From: Minisyncoccia bacterium
GTDB lineage: Bacteria; Patescibacteriota; Minisyncoccia; UBA6257; JAAZHW01
Assembly: GCA_041559835.1 (NCBI GenBank)
Contig: JBFFCO010000001.1
Coordinates: forward strand, 1-24,461
Reading direction: 5' to 3'
DNA: 24,461 nt
Notes under the pieces: model-generated
The model's input: the letters and a program-made list of their open reading frames with translations, nothing else
Databases searched by the model: none
What the model was told of the DNA's origin: nothing
In this document: positions 17,280 through 24,461 of the stretch, piece after piece
Position numbering within the stretch: the stretch's first letter is position 1
Layout: each line of letters opens with the position of its first letter
Position numbers and translations under genes: made by a program

Positions 17280-17368
17280 ATTATTGTTTTGTTTTTTAAT
17301 TCTAGATTGCGAAATATTTTTTAATAATCTTATTTTTTTCCTTTCTACTGCTTCAGCATTTCTATTCC

Positions 17369-17517
17369 TGTCACCCCTGTCCGCCAGAGGTGGCACATCC
17401 GCCTCAGGCGGGCGGATAATACTCCGGCAGCCTGCCCGCCTATGGCGGAGGGTCTAAAAACCATGGCAAGCAAGTGGTAATAGCGAGGCAGAGATTCCCG
17501 CCTTCGCGGGAATGACA
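17369..17517. repeat. Inverted doublet of TGTC-tagged palindromes; the left copy is interrupted by CCGCC-N3-GGCGG modules
   Basis: TGTCACCCCTG[insert]AGGGTCTAAAAACCATGGCAA...AGATTCCCGCCTTCGCGGGAATGACA. The flanks are collinear with the intact doublet at 20683-20766. Confidence 0.8.
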
Positions 17518-17686
17518 AGAGAGATATCTCAAATTTTGATTTTTTTATTGTTTTTTTATACCTTGCTAATTGTTCCATTTTACCCCAATGATAACTTTTT
17601 ATCAAATATAGCACATCCTCAATATTTCTTAATAAAATAAAACAAGGAAGCCGGATTGATCCAAACTTCCTCATTTTGTTTTGAAT

Positions 17687-18211
17687 TTAAAAGGGGAAAC
17701 CAGCATGATGCTCACCACTTTTTATTCTTATTTTTTCCATCATTTCCATAAGTTGTCTTTCTCTATAAGACTTATTTTCAAGTTCTTCTTGTTGAGATGG
17801 AAGCAATGCGCTAAATTGAACTGGTCGTGTTGCCGAAATTCGAGACTCTGAAAAATTATTTTGATCACTTCTAATCCTCTCAATATCTATAGGAAAATTA
17901 ACTCTCTCCATCAATTTTTCAGTCTCATTCAAATCCAGGATGACTTTGATTGCTGTTTTTGATCCTTTTTCATCAAGAAGCCCAATTTTATTAGGGTCTC
18001 TTATTACAGTCGACACCCTAAAGCCACTAGTTTCGAGTGCTTCTTCGACCATTTTCTTTAATGATGCTGGACAGGTGTGCTTATTACTAAATACACACAC
18101 CTCTCTGTATCCTGTATGGGAATGACTAGTTATTTCGCCTATTTTAATGTACCATGGCAATGCTGTCTCAAGGCATTGCAAAAACTTTGAAATCATCTCT
18201 TCTTTATTCAT
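17687..18211 (-). CDS. Orphan hypothetical protein
   Basis: 174-aa ORF with GGAGGT 5 nt before the ATG and a consensus promoter upstream. No motif recognised. Confidence 0.75.
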   Translation of the reverse strand: MNKEEMISKFLQCLETALPWYIKIGEITSHSHTGYREVCVFSNKHTCPASLKKMVEEALETSGFRVSTVIRDPNKIGLLDEKGSKTAIKVILDLNETEKLMERVNFPIDIERIRSDQNNFSESRISATRPVQFSALLPSQQEELENKSYRERQLMEMMEKIRIKSGEHHAGFPF

Positions 18212-18307
18212 GCTGTACCTCCCTCGGTTGATTTATTAGATCAAGCCGATTTTTTATTTTTTTATTTTAATTTTTTAAATTTATGTCATAACATCATGAC
18301 TACCACC

Positions 18308-18336
18308 ATTATACCAAATCTTTTTAGATTTGTCAA
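18308..18336 (-). promoter_or_regulatory. Consensus sigma70 promoter with an overlapping palindrome
   Basis: TTGACA-17 nt-TATAAT with extended TG; CAAATCT-N4-AGATTTG at 18315-18332. Confidence 0.8.
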
Positions 18337-18482
18337 TTCTGACCTATATTTAAAAATCAGTGCTCATATTGATTATATTTTTAAAAAGAATTAAAATATT
18401 ATTTGTCGATGGCTAACAAGTATAAAGATTAAAATTTTTTAAAAAAAAATAATAAAATAAATTAAAATTTAAATAAAATATT

Positions 18483-19067
18483 ATGGATATATATAAACCA
18501 AAATTTAAGATTTGTGTTTCAGGGGCCGCCGAAACAGGGCATTGCTCACCCACTGCTTTTGAAAATGCAATGGAATTAGGAAGGGAAATCGCAAGGCATG
18601 ATTGTATTTGTGTAACAGGGGCAACCACGGGTGTGCCTTATTGGGCAGCAAAGGGAGCAAAAGAAGAGGGGGGAATAGTTATTGGACTATCTCCAGCCGC
18701 TAGCTACAATCATCATATCAATTCTTACAAATTGCCAATTGATTATCACGACTTAATAATTTACACTGGCTTTAATTATTCTGGCAGAAACCTATTATTG
18801 GTTCGTTCTTCTGATGCAACCATTACCGTTTGCGGCAGAATTGGAACACTTAATGAATTCACAATTGCCTTTGAAGATAATCAGGTGATAGGTGTTTTGG
18901 TGGGCAGTGGGGGAACAGCAGACCAAGTGAGAGGGATTGTTGAGAAGGGGCATAGGGGTCCCGGAAAAATAATTTTCAATGGCAATCCTAAGGAATTAGT
19001 AGAGAAAGTAATTGAAATGATAAAGAAGGAATACGGAGAAATAGAAAATAAAAATTCTATTTACTAA
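18483..19067 (+). CDS. LOG/SLOG-family nucleotide-binding protein (TIGR00725-like)
   Basis: VSGAA..., GREIA...VTGATTGVP..AAKGAKEEGG.VIGLSP, GRNLLLVRSSD, CGRIGTLNEF (PGGxGTxxE-like). Confidence 0.85.
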   Translation: MDIYKPKFKICVSGAAETGHCSPTAFENAMELGREIARHDCICVTGATTGVPYWAAKGAKEEGGIVIGLSPAASYNHHINSYKLPIDYHDLIIYTGFNYSGRNLLLVRSSDATITVCGRIGTLNEFTIAFEDNQVIGVLVGSGGTADQVRGIVEKGHRGPGKIIFNGNPKELVEKVIEMIKKEYGEIENKNSIY

Positions 19068-19077
19068 CTTATTTAAA

Positions 19078-20238
19078 ATGAGTAAAAAGATAGGAACTTA
19101 TATCACATCATCAGCCATTTTAGCCGGCACAATATTAGGGGTCGGCATTTTTGGACTGCCTAATGTGATATCAAGAGCAGGTTTTTTACCGGGAATCATT
19201 TTTTTAGTAATCGCCTGCCTTTTGAATATTTGGGCTCATTTAATTTATGGGGAAGCATTGATGAGGACAGACGGAGATTTGAGAGGTCCCGGATTGGCTA
19301 AAATTTATTTAGGGAAGAAGGGATTTATCGTCTCTATTGTTGAATCGGCAATAAGTTCATCGGGGGTAATGCTTGCCTACCTTATTTTAGGCAGTCAATT
19401 TACTCACAACTTATTTCATATTCTTGGATGGCCAATAAGCTTGATATCGGCAACAATGATATTTTGGTTTTTGGGAGTTGTTGGAATGAGTTTTGGAATT
19501 AAATTTGTGGGTATTAGCGAAATTATTGGATTGGTTTTGATAACAATTTTAATTTTTGTATTTTTTGGAATAGGATTGCCGGGAATAGAATCAAGCCAAT
19601 TAAAGGAAATAAATTTTTCTGAATTTTTCTTGCCTTATGGAATATTGCTTTTTGCTTTATCAAGTTTTTCTGCTATTCCGGAAATTTTAAGTTATTTCAA
19701 AAAGAAAAAGGTTTCATTTTTAGATATAAATTTTAAACTGCCTTTTATTATCGGGACTATAATTCCAGCAGTGCTATCTTTGTTTTTTATATTAGGAATT
19801 TTAGGGATATTCAATGGTAGTATCATCGCGGCTAATCCAGTGCCTGATTTATTAGCCATCAATCCAACTCTTGGATTATTTACCAGTATATTAGGAATAG
19901 TTCTTATCATCACATCATTTTTTATAAATGGGTTGAATATTAAAAATACTATAATTTTTGATTTTAAGGCTTCAAAATTTTTTGGCTGGTCTTTTGCTAT
20001 TTTCTTGCCTCTTATTCTTTATCTTTTGGGAATAAGCGATTTTATAGCGGTTATTGGTTTTTTAGGCGCAGTGATGCTTGGAATAAAGATAATTCTTTTA
20101 GTGATGATTCATCATCAAAGCCAAAAATTCGGCAAATCAAAAACTGGTTTTTCTATCAGACTTCCTCTATGGCTTAAGATAGTTCTCACGATTGTTTTAT
20201 TGACTGGCATAATTATGGAAATTGTTTATATATTTTAA
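19078..20238 (+). CDS. Amino-acid permease (TyrP/Mtr-like aromatic amino acid transporter family)
   Basis: GTILGVGIFGLP N-terminal motif and about 11 hydrophobic helices. Confidence 0.8.
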   Translation: MSKKIGTYITSSAILAGTILGVGIFGLPNVISRAGFLPGIIFLVIACLLNIWAHLIYGEALMRTDGDLRGPGLAKIYLGKKGFIVSIVESAISSSGVMLAYLILGSQFTHNLFHILGWPISLISATMIFWFLGVVGMSFGIKFVGISEIIGLVLITILIFVFFGIGLPGIESSQLKEINFSEFFLPYGILLFALSSFSAIPEILSYFKKKKVSFLDINFKLPFIIGTIIPAVLSLFFILGILGIFNGSIIAANPVPDLLAINPTLGLFTSILGIVLIITSFFINGLNIKNTIIFDFKASKFFGWSFAIFLPLILYLLGISDFIAVIGFLGAVMLGIKIILLVMIHHQSQKFGKSKTGFSIRLPLWLKIVLTIVLLTGIIMEIVYIF

Positions 20239-20304
20239 TCTGCTTTTTCCTATTATACTCGCTTTTGGAAGGCATTTGTATGGAGGGGGTAAAATATAAA
20301 AATC

Positions 20305-20377
20305 GCCGAAGTAGCTCAGTTGGTAGAGCAATGCTTTCGTAAAGCAGAGGTCGCGAGTTCAATTCTCGCCTTCGGCT
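20305..20377 (+). tRNA. tRNA-Thr (CGU), CCA not encoded
   Basis: GCCGAAG/CTTCGGC acceptor, GCTC-AGTTGGTA-GAGC, loop TT-CGT-AA, GCGAG-TTCAATT-CTCGC. Confidence 0.94.
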
Positions 20378-20397
20378 CATCAATCATTATTGTGTTA

Positions 20398-20553
20398 TTA
20401 ATTACTACATTGCTGAAAGATAATTGGAGTCTTTATTATCATCCTTGAAGCGACAATAAATCCTAATCCGAAACTTATTGATACAATCAAAAAAATAAAG
20501 ATGCCGGAGATTATCTCCTTTTTATTTTTTTTAATAATATTTCTCATTGGCAT
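20398..20553 (-). CDS. Small single-TM hypothetical protein (~50 aa; start 20553 or 20547)
   Basis: A basic N-terminus, then IISGIFIFLIVSISFGLGFIVA. Confidence 0.55.
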   Translation of the reverse strand: MPMRNIIKKNKKEIISGIFIFLIVSISFGLGFIVASRMIIKTPIIFQQCSN

Positions 20554-20585
20554 ATGTTTTAATAATACAAAAAAGTAATGATGGT

Positions 20586-20618
20586 AATACTTCCCCCGCC
20601 GTAGGCGGGGGAAGTATT
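20586..20618. repeat. Perfect 15-bp hairpin with a CCGCC-GTA-GGCGG core
   Basis: AATACTTCCCCCGCC-GTA-GGCGGGGGAAGTATT. Confidence 0.85.
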
Positions 20619-20682
20619 TATGTTGTTTCAATAATATTTTTTAATGGCATATTAAGTTAAATTGTGGTTCAAAATCCTCTCC

Positions 20683-20766
20683 TGTCACCCCTGCGAAGGC
20701 AGGGGTCTAAAATCCATGGCAAAATAAAATTACATGATATAGATTCCTGCTTTCGCAGGAATGACA
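20683..20766. repeat. Intact inverted doublet of TGTC-tagged palindromes (REP/REPIN-like)
   Basis: TGTC-ACCCCTGC-GAAG-GCAGGGGT-CT and, inverted, TGTC-ATTCCTGC-GAAA-GCAGGAAT-CT. Confidence 0.85.
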
Positions 20767-20804
20767 AAGAAAAAAATAAAGATGATAAAAAATATTGTGC
20801 ACCC

Positions 20805-20837
20805 ATCCCTCCCCGCCCCGAAGGGGCGGGGAGGGAT
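20805..20837. repeat. Perfect 15-bp GC-rich hairpin downstream of recA (possible terminator)
   Basis: ATCCCTCCCCGCCCC-GAA-GGGGCGGGGAGGGAT. Confidence 0.8.
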
Positions 20838-20895
20838 TTTAATAATATTTAAAAAAAATTTTTAATGGCATAATTGAAATAAATAATCAAGCAAA

Positions 20896-21924
20896 CTACT
20901 TCGCCAATTCCTTCGCCTTCTTTAATATCAATTTTTCTATTTCTCTTGAAATTTTTTGATTTTCCTTTAGAAATCTCCTTGCATTATCCGCTCCAACTCC
21001 CAATTTCTCTCCCTCAAATGAATAAGTATTACCCGACTTTGATATAATTTCCAACTTCGCACTAAGACCTAAAATTTCACCATCTCTTGATATGCCTTCA
21101 TTATAATATAAATCAAACTCAGCAACTTTGAATGGAGCCGCCACCTTGTTTTTCACAACCTTCACCTTTGTTCGAGAACCAATTATCTCCTCGCCCTTCT
21201 TTATTTGAGCCGTCTTTCTAATATCTAATCGCACTGATGAATAAAATCTCAATGCTCTTCCTCCCGATGTTGTTTCGGGATTTCCAAACATTACTCCAAT
21301 CTTCATTCTTATTTGATTGATAAAAATAATTGTCGTCTTTGTTTTTTGAGCCAATGCAGTTATTTTTCTTAATGCTTGAGACATTAATCGTGCTTGAAGT
21401 CCAACATGATGAGCGCCCATCTCCCCCTCTATTTCTGCTCTTGGGGTGAGAGCGGCCACTGAATCAACTACTATCACATCCAATGAACCTGACCTCACTA
21501 AGTTTTCCATTATTGCCATTGCCTCCTCTCCGTTGTCCGGCTGAGAAATAAATAATTCCTTTATTTCTACTCCAATTCTTTTGGCATATTCTGGGTCAAG
21601 AGCATGCTCAGCATCAATAAAGGCGGCCTTACCTCCCTTTTTTTGTGCTGATGCAATAATATGTAGAGCAAGGGTTGTTTTCCCACTTGATTCTGGTCCA
21701 AATATCTCAATTATTCTTCCTCTTGGAATACCGCCTACTCCTAATGCGAGGTCTAATGATAATGAGCCGGTTGGTATAACCTCAACATCAACTTTTGGGG
21801 CTTCGCCCAATTTCATTATTGAGCCCTCGCCATATTTTGATTGAATATTTTTAATTGCCTCATCAAGAGCAATATCTTTTTGATTTACTTCTTCTTTTGA
21901 AGAACTTTCTTTTGTTTTTGCCAT
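20896..21924 (-). CDS. recA: Recombinase RecA
   Basis: [72 protein letters not shown]. Confidence 0.99.
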   Translation of the reverse strand: MAKTKESSSKEEVNQKDIALDEAIKNIQSKYGEGSIMKLGEAPKVDVEVIPTGSLSLDLALGVGGIPRGRIIEIFGPESSGKTTLALHIIASAQKKGGKAAFIDAEHALDPEYAKRIGVEIKELFISQPDNGEEAMAIMENLVRSGSLDVIVVDSVAALTPRAEIEGEMGAHHVGLQARLMSQALRKITALAQKTKTTIIFINQIRMKIGVMFGNPETTSGGRALRFYSSVRLDIRKTAQIKKGEEIIGSRTKVKVVKNKVAAPFKVAEFDLYYNEGISRDGEILGLSAKLEIISKSGNTYSFEGEKLGVGADNARRFLKENQKISREIEKLILKKAKELAK

Positions 21925-21935
21925 ATTAATTGTAT

Positions 21936-22069
21936 TATAATTCCCCTCTTATAGAGGGGTGGCTCGCCTCATGCGAGACGGGCATTGCCCTGCCGAAGCC
22001 CCTTGCCCTGCCGTAGCTTTAGCGGAGGCGGGTTGGCGAAGGCGGGGTGTTTTCCCCGCCAAAGGCGGG
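21936..22069. repeat. Nested palindromic repeat cluster upstream of recA
   Basis: A CCCCTCT..AGAGGGG-family element carries a 32-nt module, which carries a second 32-nt module. CCCGCC-AAA-GGCGGG follows. Confidence 0.8.
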
Positions 22070-22123
22070 ATTTCCCCCTCTTCTTCATTACCCTCCCATT
22101 ATAAAACAAAAAAAATCCATCTA

Positions 22124-22152
22124 TTGACAAATAGATTTATATATGCCAAATT
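22124..22152 (+). promoter_or_regulatory. Probable promoter of the orphan gene at 22202
   Basis: TTGACA-17 nt (ending TGC)-CAAATT (weak -10). Palindrome ATCTATT-GACA-AATAGAT (22119-22136) covers the -35. Confidence 0.5.
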
Positions 22153-22201
22153 GATATTAGATATTTTGTTGTAAAAAATTTAAAAATAGGAGGTATTGAA
22201 A

Positions 22202-22870
22202 ATGAGAGACGAAACATTTCTTGAAAGAATATATCCATCCGTTTATCCCTCTTTTTGGCCAATTTGGTTGGCGGTTGCCCTTTCGATTTTTTCCGCCCTT
22301 GCTCTTTCATTAGAAAACTATGTCTTGGGAATTACCTGTATTTTAATCATTGTTTTGTCTGTTGTCCTGTTTGTTTCGGCAATAGATAAATTTGTATACT
22401 CTTCGAAAAAATTAATTTTAGCCAAAAATAATGGCAATTTAGAATTAATGAAGAAGATTCTCCAGAGGAAAGAGCATGTTGCCCTTGTGCTTGATAAGGA
22501 AAGAGAATTTCAAATAGAAATCCCTTTATCGGCGAGCCAAAATGGTCTAATGGCAATTATTCGTTGCAAAACATGGCTTCAACCGAAATTAAATTGGCTT
22601 GATTTTTTAGAATTGGAAGAAATCTTTGAGGTATGGCAAAAAGGCAAAGAAAATGAATATCTGCCTCTGATTGAAAAATTCGCCATTCAACCCATTAAAG
22701 AAGCAATTGAGAAATCTGGAATGTCATCTCTGCTTGTTAAGGGTTTTATTGAACAAAGAATTAATGAAAGTGATCTCAAAGAGGGATTATCAAGGCAACT
22801 GAGCGAAATAAAACATTCCAAAAATTTCATATTTTTGCCTAAAATTGAAGAAGGGGTTTTGATTAAGTAA
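22202..22870 (+). CDS. Orphan hypothetical protein with two N-terminal TM helices
   Basis: GGAGGT 7 nt before the ATG at 22202; two hydrophobic segments followed by a soluble helical region. Confidence 0.75.
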   Translation: MRDETFLERIYPSVYPSFWPIWLAVALSIFSALALSLENYVLGITCILIIVLSVVLFVSAIDKFVYSSKKLILAKNNGNLELMKKILQRKEHVALVLDKEREFQIEIPLSASQNGLMAIIRCKTWLQPKLNWLDFLELEEIFEVWQKGKENEYLPLIEKFAIQPIKEAIEKSGMSSLLVKGFIEQRINESDLKEGLSRQLSEIKHSKNFIFLPKIEEGVLIK

Positions 22871-22875
22871 AAACA

Positions 22876-22910
22876 AGGGTGGGTTGAAAAACCTACCCTG
22901 CTGTTTTTTT
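22876..22910 (+). terminator. Intrinsic terminator
   Basis: AGGGTGGGTT-GAAA-AACCTACCCT followed by GCTG-T7. Confidence 0.7.
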
Positions 22911-23110
22911 ATTTTCCAAAAACTGCTTAATAATAAATTCATGGATTGAGTATATAATTAATTATAGATTTAATTCTATAATTAATCTTTTCCATTATTT
23001 AAAAAAAATTGTTTAAAGATAATAATAATGATAGAATAATAGAGTCGGATAAATAATCAATTCTGTTTTTGCTAAAACTAATCGCACTAACAAAAGCAGA
23101 CAAATCAATT

Positions 23111-23662
23111 ATGGCTTTAATATATATAATTCTGATAATATTAGGCATTATTATTATTTGGCTCATCTCCATATATAATTCTCTAATTTTAAATAGAAAT
23201 CGAGCTAAAGAAGCAATGTCTGATATTGATGTTCAACTCAAAAGAAGGTACGACTTGATACCAAACTTGGTAAATACCGTTAAGGGCTATGCCGCCCACG
23301 AAAAAGAACTTTTTGAAAAAGTAACAGAGGCGAGGTCTAATGCAGTTTCTGCAGAAGGAATTGAGAATAAGGCAGAGGCAGAAAATATCTTATCAGGAAC
23401 ATTGAAAACTCTTTTTGCCGTGGCAGAAAATTATCCCGACTTGAAGGCGAACGAAAACTTTTTAGAACTTCAAAGAGAATTATCTGATACGGAAAATAAG
23501 ATTCAGGCGGCAAGGAGATTTTACAATAATAATGTTTTGAAGTTGAATACAAAGATTGAGATTTTTCCAATCAATATAATTGCTAATATGTTTAATTTTG
23601 AGAAGATGAGTTTCTTTGAGGCGAAAGGAGAAGAAAAAGAGAATGTCCGAGTTAGTTTTTAA
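23111..23662 (+). CDS. lemA: LemA family protein
   Basis: N-terminal TM, IDVQLKRRYDLIPNLVNTVKGYAAHE, AVAENYPDLKANENF, ENKIQAARRFYN. Confidence 0.95.
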   Translation: MALIYIILIILGIIIIWLISIYNSLILNRNRAKEAMSDIDVQLKRRYDLIPNLVNTVKGYAAHEKELFEKVTEARSNAVSAEGIENKAEAENILSGTLKTLFAVAENYPDLKANENFLELQRELSDTENKIQAARRFYNNNVLKLNTKIEIFPINIIANMFNFEKMSFFEAKGEEKENVRVSF

Positions 23663-23690
23663 TTTGTTAGAAATTGATTGTCTTATCTTA

Positions 23691-23742
23691 TAATTCCCCT
23701 CTATTAAAGGGGAATTAGATTCCTGCCTTCGCAGGAATGACA
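23691..23742. repeat. CCCCTCT..A(A/G)AGGGG hairpin fused to a TGTC-tagged palindrome
   Basis: TAATTCCCCTCT-ATT-AAAGGGGAATTA followed by GATTCCTGCCTTCGCAGGAATGACA. Confidence 0.85.
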
Positions 23743-23794
23743 AAGACGGGGCGATTATTCTATTTCATAATTCAAAGTTATTGAAATAAAAAGC

Positions 23795-23833
23795 AACTGC
23801 CACCATAAAATATATTTTTATGGTGGCAGTTTT
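23795..23833. terminator. 16-bp hairpin, probable bidirectional terminator
   Basis: AACTGCCACCATAAAA-TATAT-TTTTATGGTGGCAGTT between convergent genes, with A and T runs on either side. Confidence 0.75.
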
Positions 23834-23839
23834 ATTAAA

Positions 23840-24100
23840 CTAAATCATATTCTCAATGCTTTTCGCCATCTCTACAATTTCACTTAAAACAGTGCTTTTA
23901 ATAAGACTTCCATCCGGACAAATTAACTCAAATAGATGCAGTTCGCTAAATTTAATATTATATTTTCCATAACCAATCATATAGCCAACTCCATGAAGGC
24001 TATTGGGCTTACCTGAATAATCTTTCTTGATTTCAACAGGGATACCATTTTCAATCCCTCTTAAAATATAAAGGTCATCATCCTTTTCTTTTATAGTCAT
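23840..24100 (-). CDS. Small orphan hypothetical protein
   Basis: 86-aa ORF with GAGGTG 5 nt before the ATG, its own promoter upstream and a terminator downstream. Confidence 0.7.
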   Translation of the reverse strand: MTIKEKDDDLYILRGIENGIPVEIKKDYSGKPNSLHGVGYMIGYGKYNIKFSELHLFELICPDGSLIKSTVLSEIVEMAKSIENMI

Positions 24101-24157
24101 TTTATCACCTCTTTCTTAAATTTTTAATTTAGGATTTTATACCGAAAATCCGAATAC

Positions 24158-24186
24158 ATTATGGCATATATAAATATAAATGTCAA
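24158..24186 (-). promoter_or_regulatory. Sigma70 promoter of the orphan gene at 24100
   Basis: TTGACA-17 nt-CATAAT with extended TG. Confidence 0.7.
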
Positions 24187-24232
24187 TGATGGGTGATAAT
24201 TGGTGGTATAGTATAATAATAAGGTGGAAAAA

Positions 24233-24309
24233 CACCCCGTCTCAGCCACGTTGAAATTGCGAAGCAATTTCTTTCGTGGCGAGCCACCCCTCTATTAGAG
24301 GGGAATTAG
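24233..24309. repeat. CACCCCGTCTC..GAGCCACCCCTCTATTAGAGGGG element carrying the tRNA-Ser-trailer hairpin in its loop
   Basis: The flanks match the reverse complement of the element at 21940-21982. Segment 24238-24281 matches the reverse complement of 10398-10441 at 41/44 nt. Confidence 0.85.
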
Positions 24310-24461
24310 CAACCCCAAAGAAAATCAAAATTTCGAATATCTAGAGAGTAAATAGAAACAAATTAAGGAATGGGGAGCGATGATCTATATATTCAAATGT
24401 TTGAGTTTTGCCGACTTTCAAATAGAGGCAAAACGAGTTTTTGAATTAATCATCGCGGAGA

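Noticed and set aside
17280-17396. 39-codon N-terminal extension of LeuS in the ORF track
   Set aside because: It begins inside the palindromic repeat. The canonical LeuS N-terminus starts at 17279.
17280-17690. T-box riboswitch upstream of leuS
   Set aside because: No T-box consensus or specifier stem is recognisable; the structure present belongs to the dispersed repeats.
20664-22174. ORFs 20664-20852 and 21959-22174, and similarly 7309-7581, 10195-10716, 10329-10655 and 17345-17674
   Set aside because: They are translations of GC-rich palindromes or tRNAs, which lack stop codons, and have no protein-like signal.
23111-23662. lemA not followed by its frequent partner htpX
   Set aside because: The linkage is not universal and the next backbone gene lies outside the window, so nothing can be concluded.
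1530-23743. Short antisense or overlapping ORFs in the six-frame track that lie within mod, res, typA, the ABC gene, leuS, the permease, recA, lemA and others
   Set aside because: They are shadow frames of well-supported genes with no motifs or start signals.
24380-24461. Open frame MIYIFKCLSFADFQIEAKRVFELIIAE running off the window end
   Set aside because: It is only 27 codons with no recognisable motif and cannot be supported without the downstream sequence.
1-24461. Alternative genetic code (UGA as Gly or Trp), as in some CPR lineages
   Set aside because: All conserved genes are full length under the standard code, with no internal TGA needed.

Overview
AT-rich bacterial chromosomal window, standard genetic code. 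It is probably Patescibacteria/CPR (Parcubacteria-like); this is an inference from housekeeping genes lacking SD sites, many membrane-anchored hypotheticals and GC-rich intergenic palindromes. The left end (1-5750) looks like island cargo downstream of tRNA-His: a small PD-(D/E)XK nuclease, a Type III restriction-modification pair (mod, res), a broken His/Cys L,D-transpeptidase-like gene, and a possible recombinase tail reading into the tRNA 3' end. The rest is backbone: typA, a GT4 glycosyltransferase, an ABC exporter, leuS, a LOG-family protein, an amino-acid permease, recA, lemA and four tRNAs (His-GUG, Arg-UCG, Ser-UGA, Thr-CGU), with orphan genes in between. Two things stand out. (1) A stand-alone WYL gene is tightly coupled to an NYN/PIN-like nuclease gene, and the nuclease 3' end is overlapped by a convergent promoter, two hairpins and a U-tract. 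This is a candidate ~72-nt antisense or antitoxin RNA. (2) At least four families of GC-rich intergenic palindromes appear inserted into one another, overlap a tRNA CCA end and bracket an orphan gene, with no transposase in the window. All calls come from reading motifs by eye; no database searches were run.
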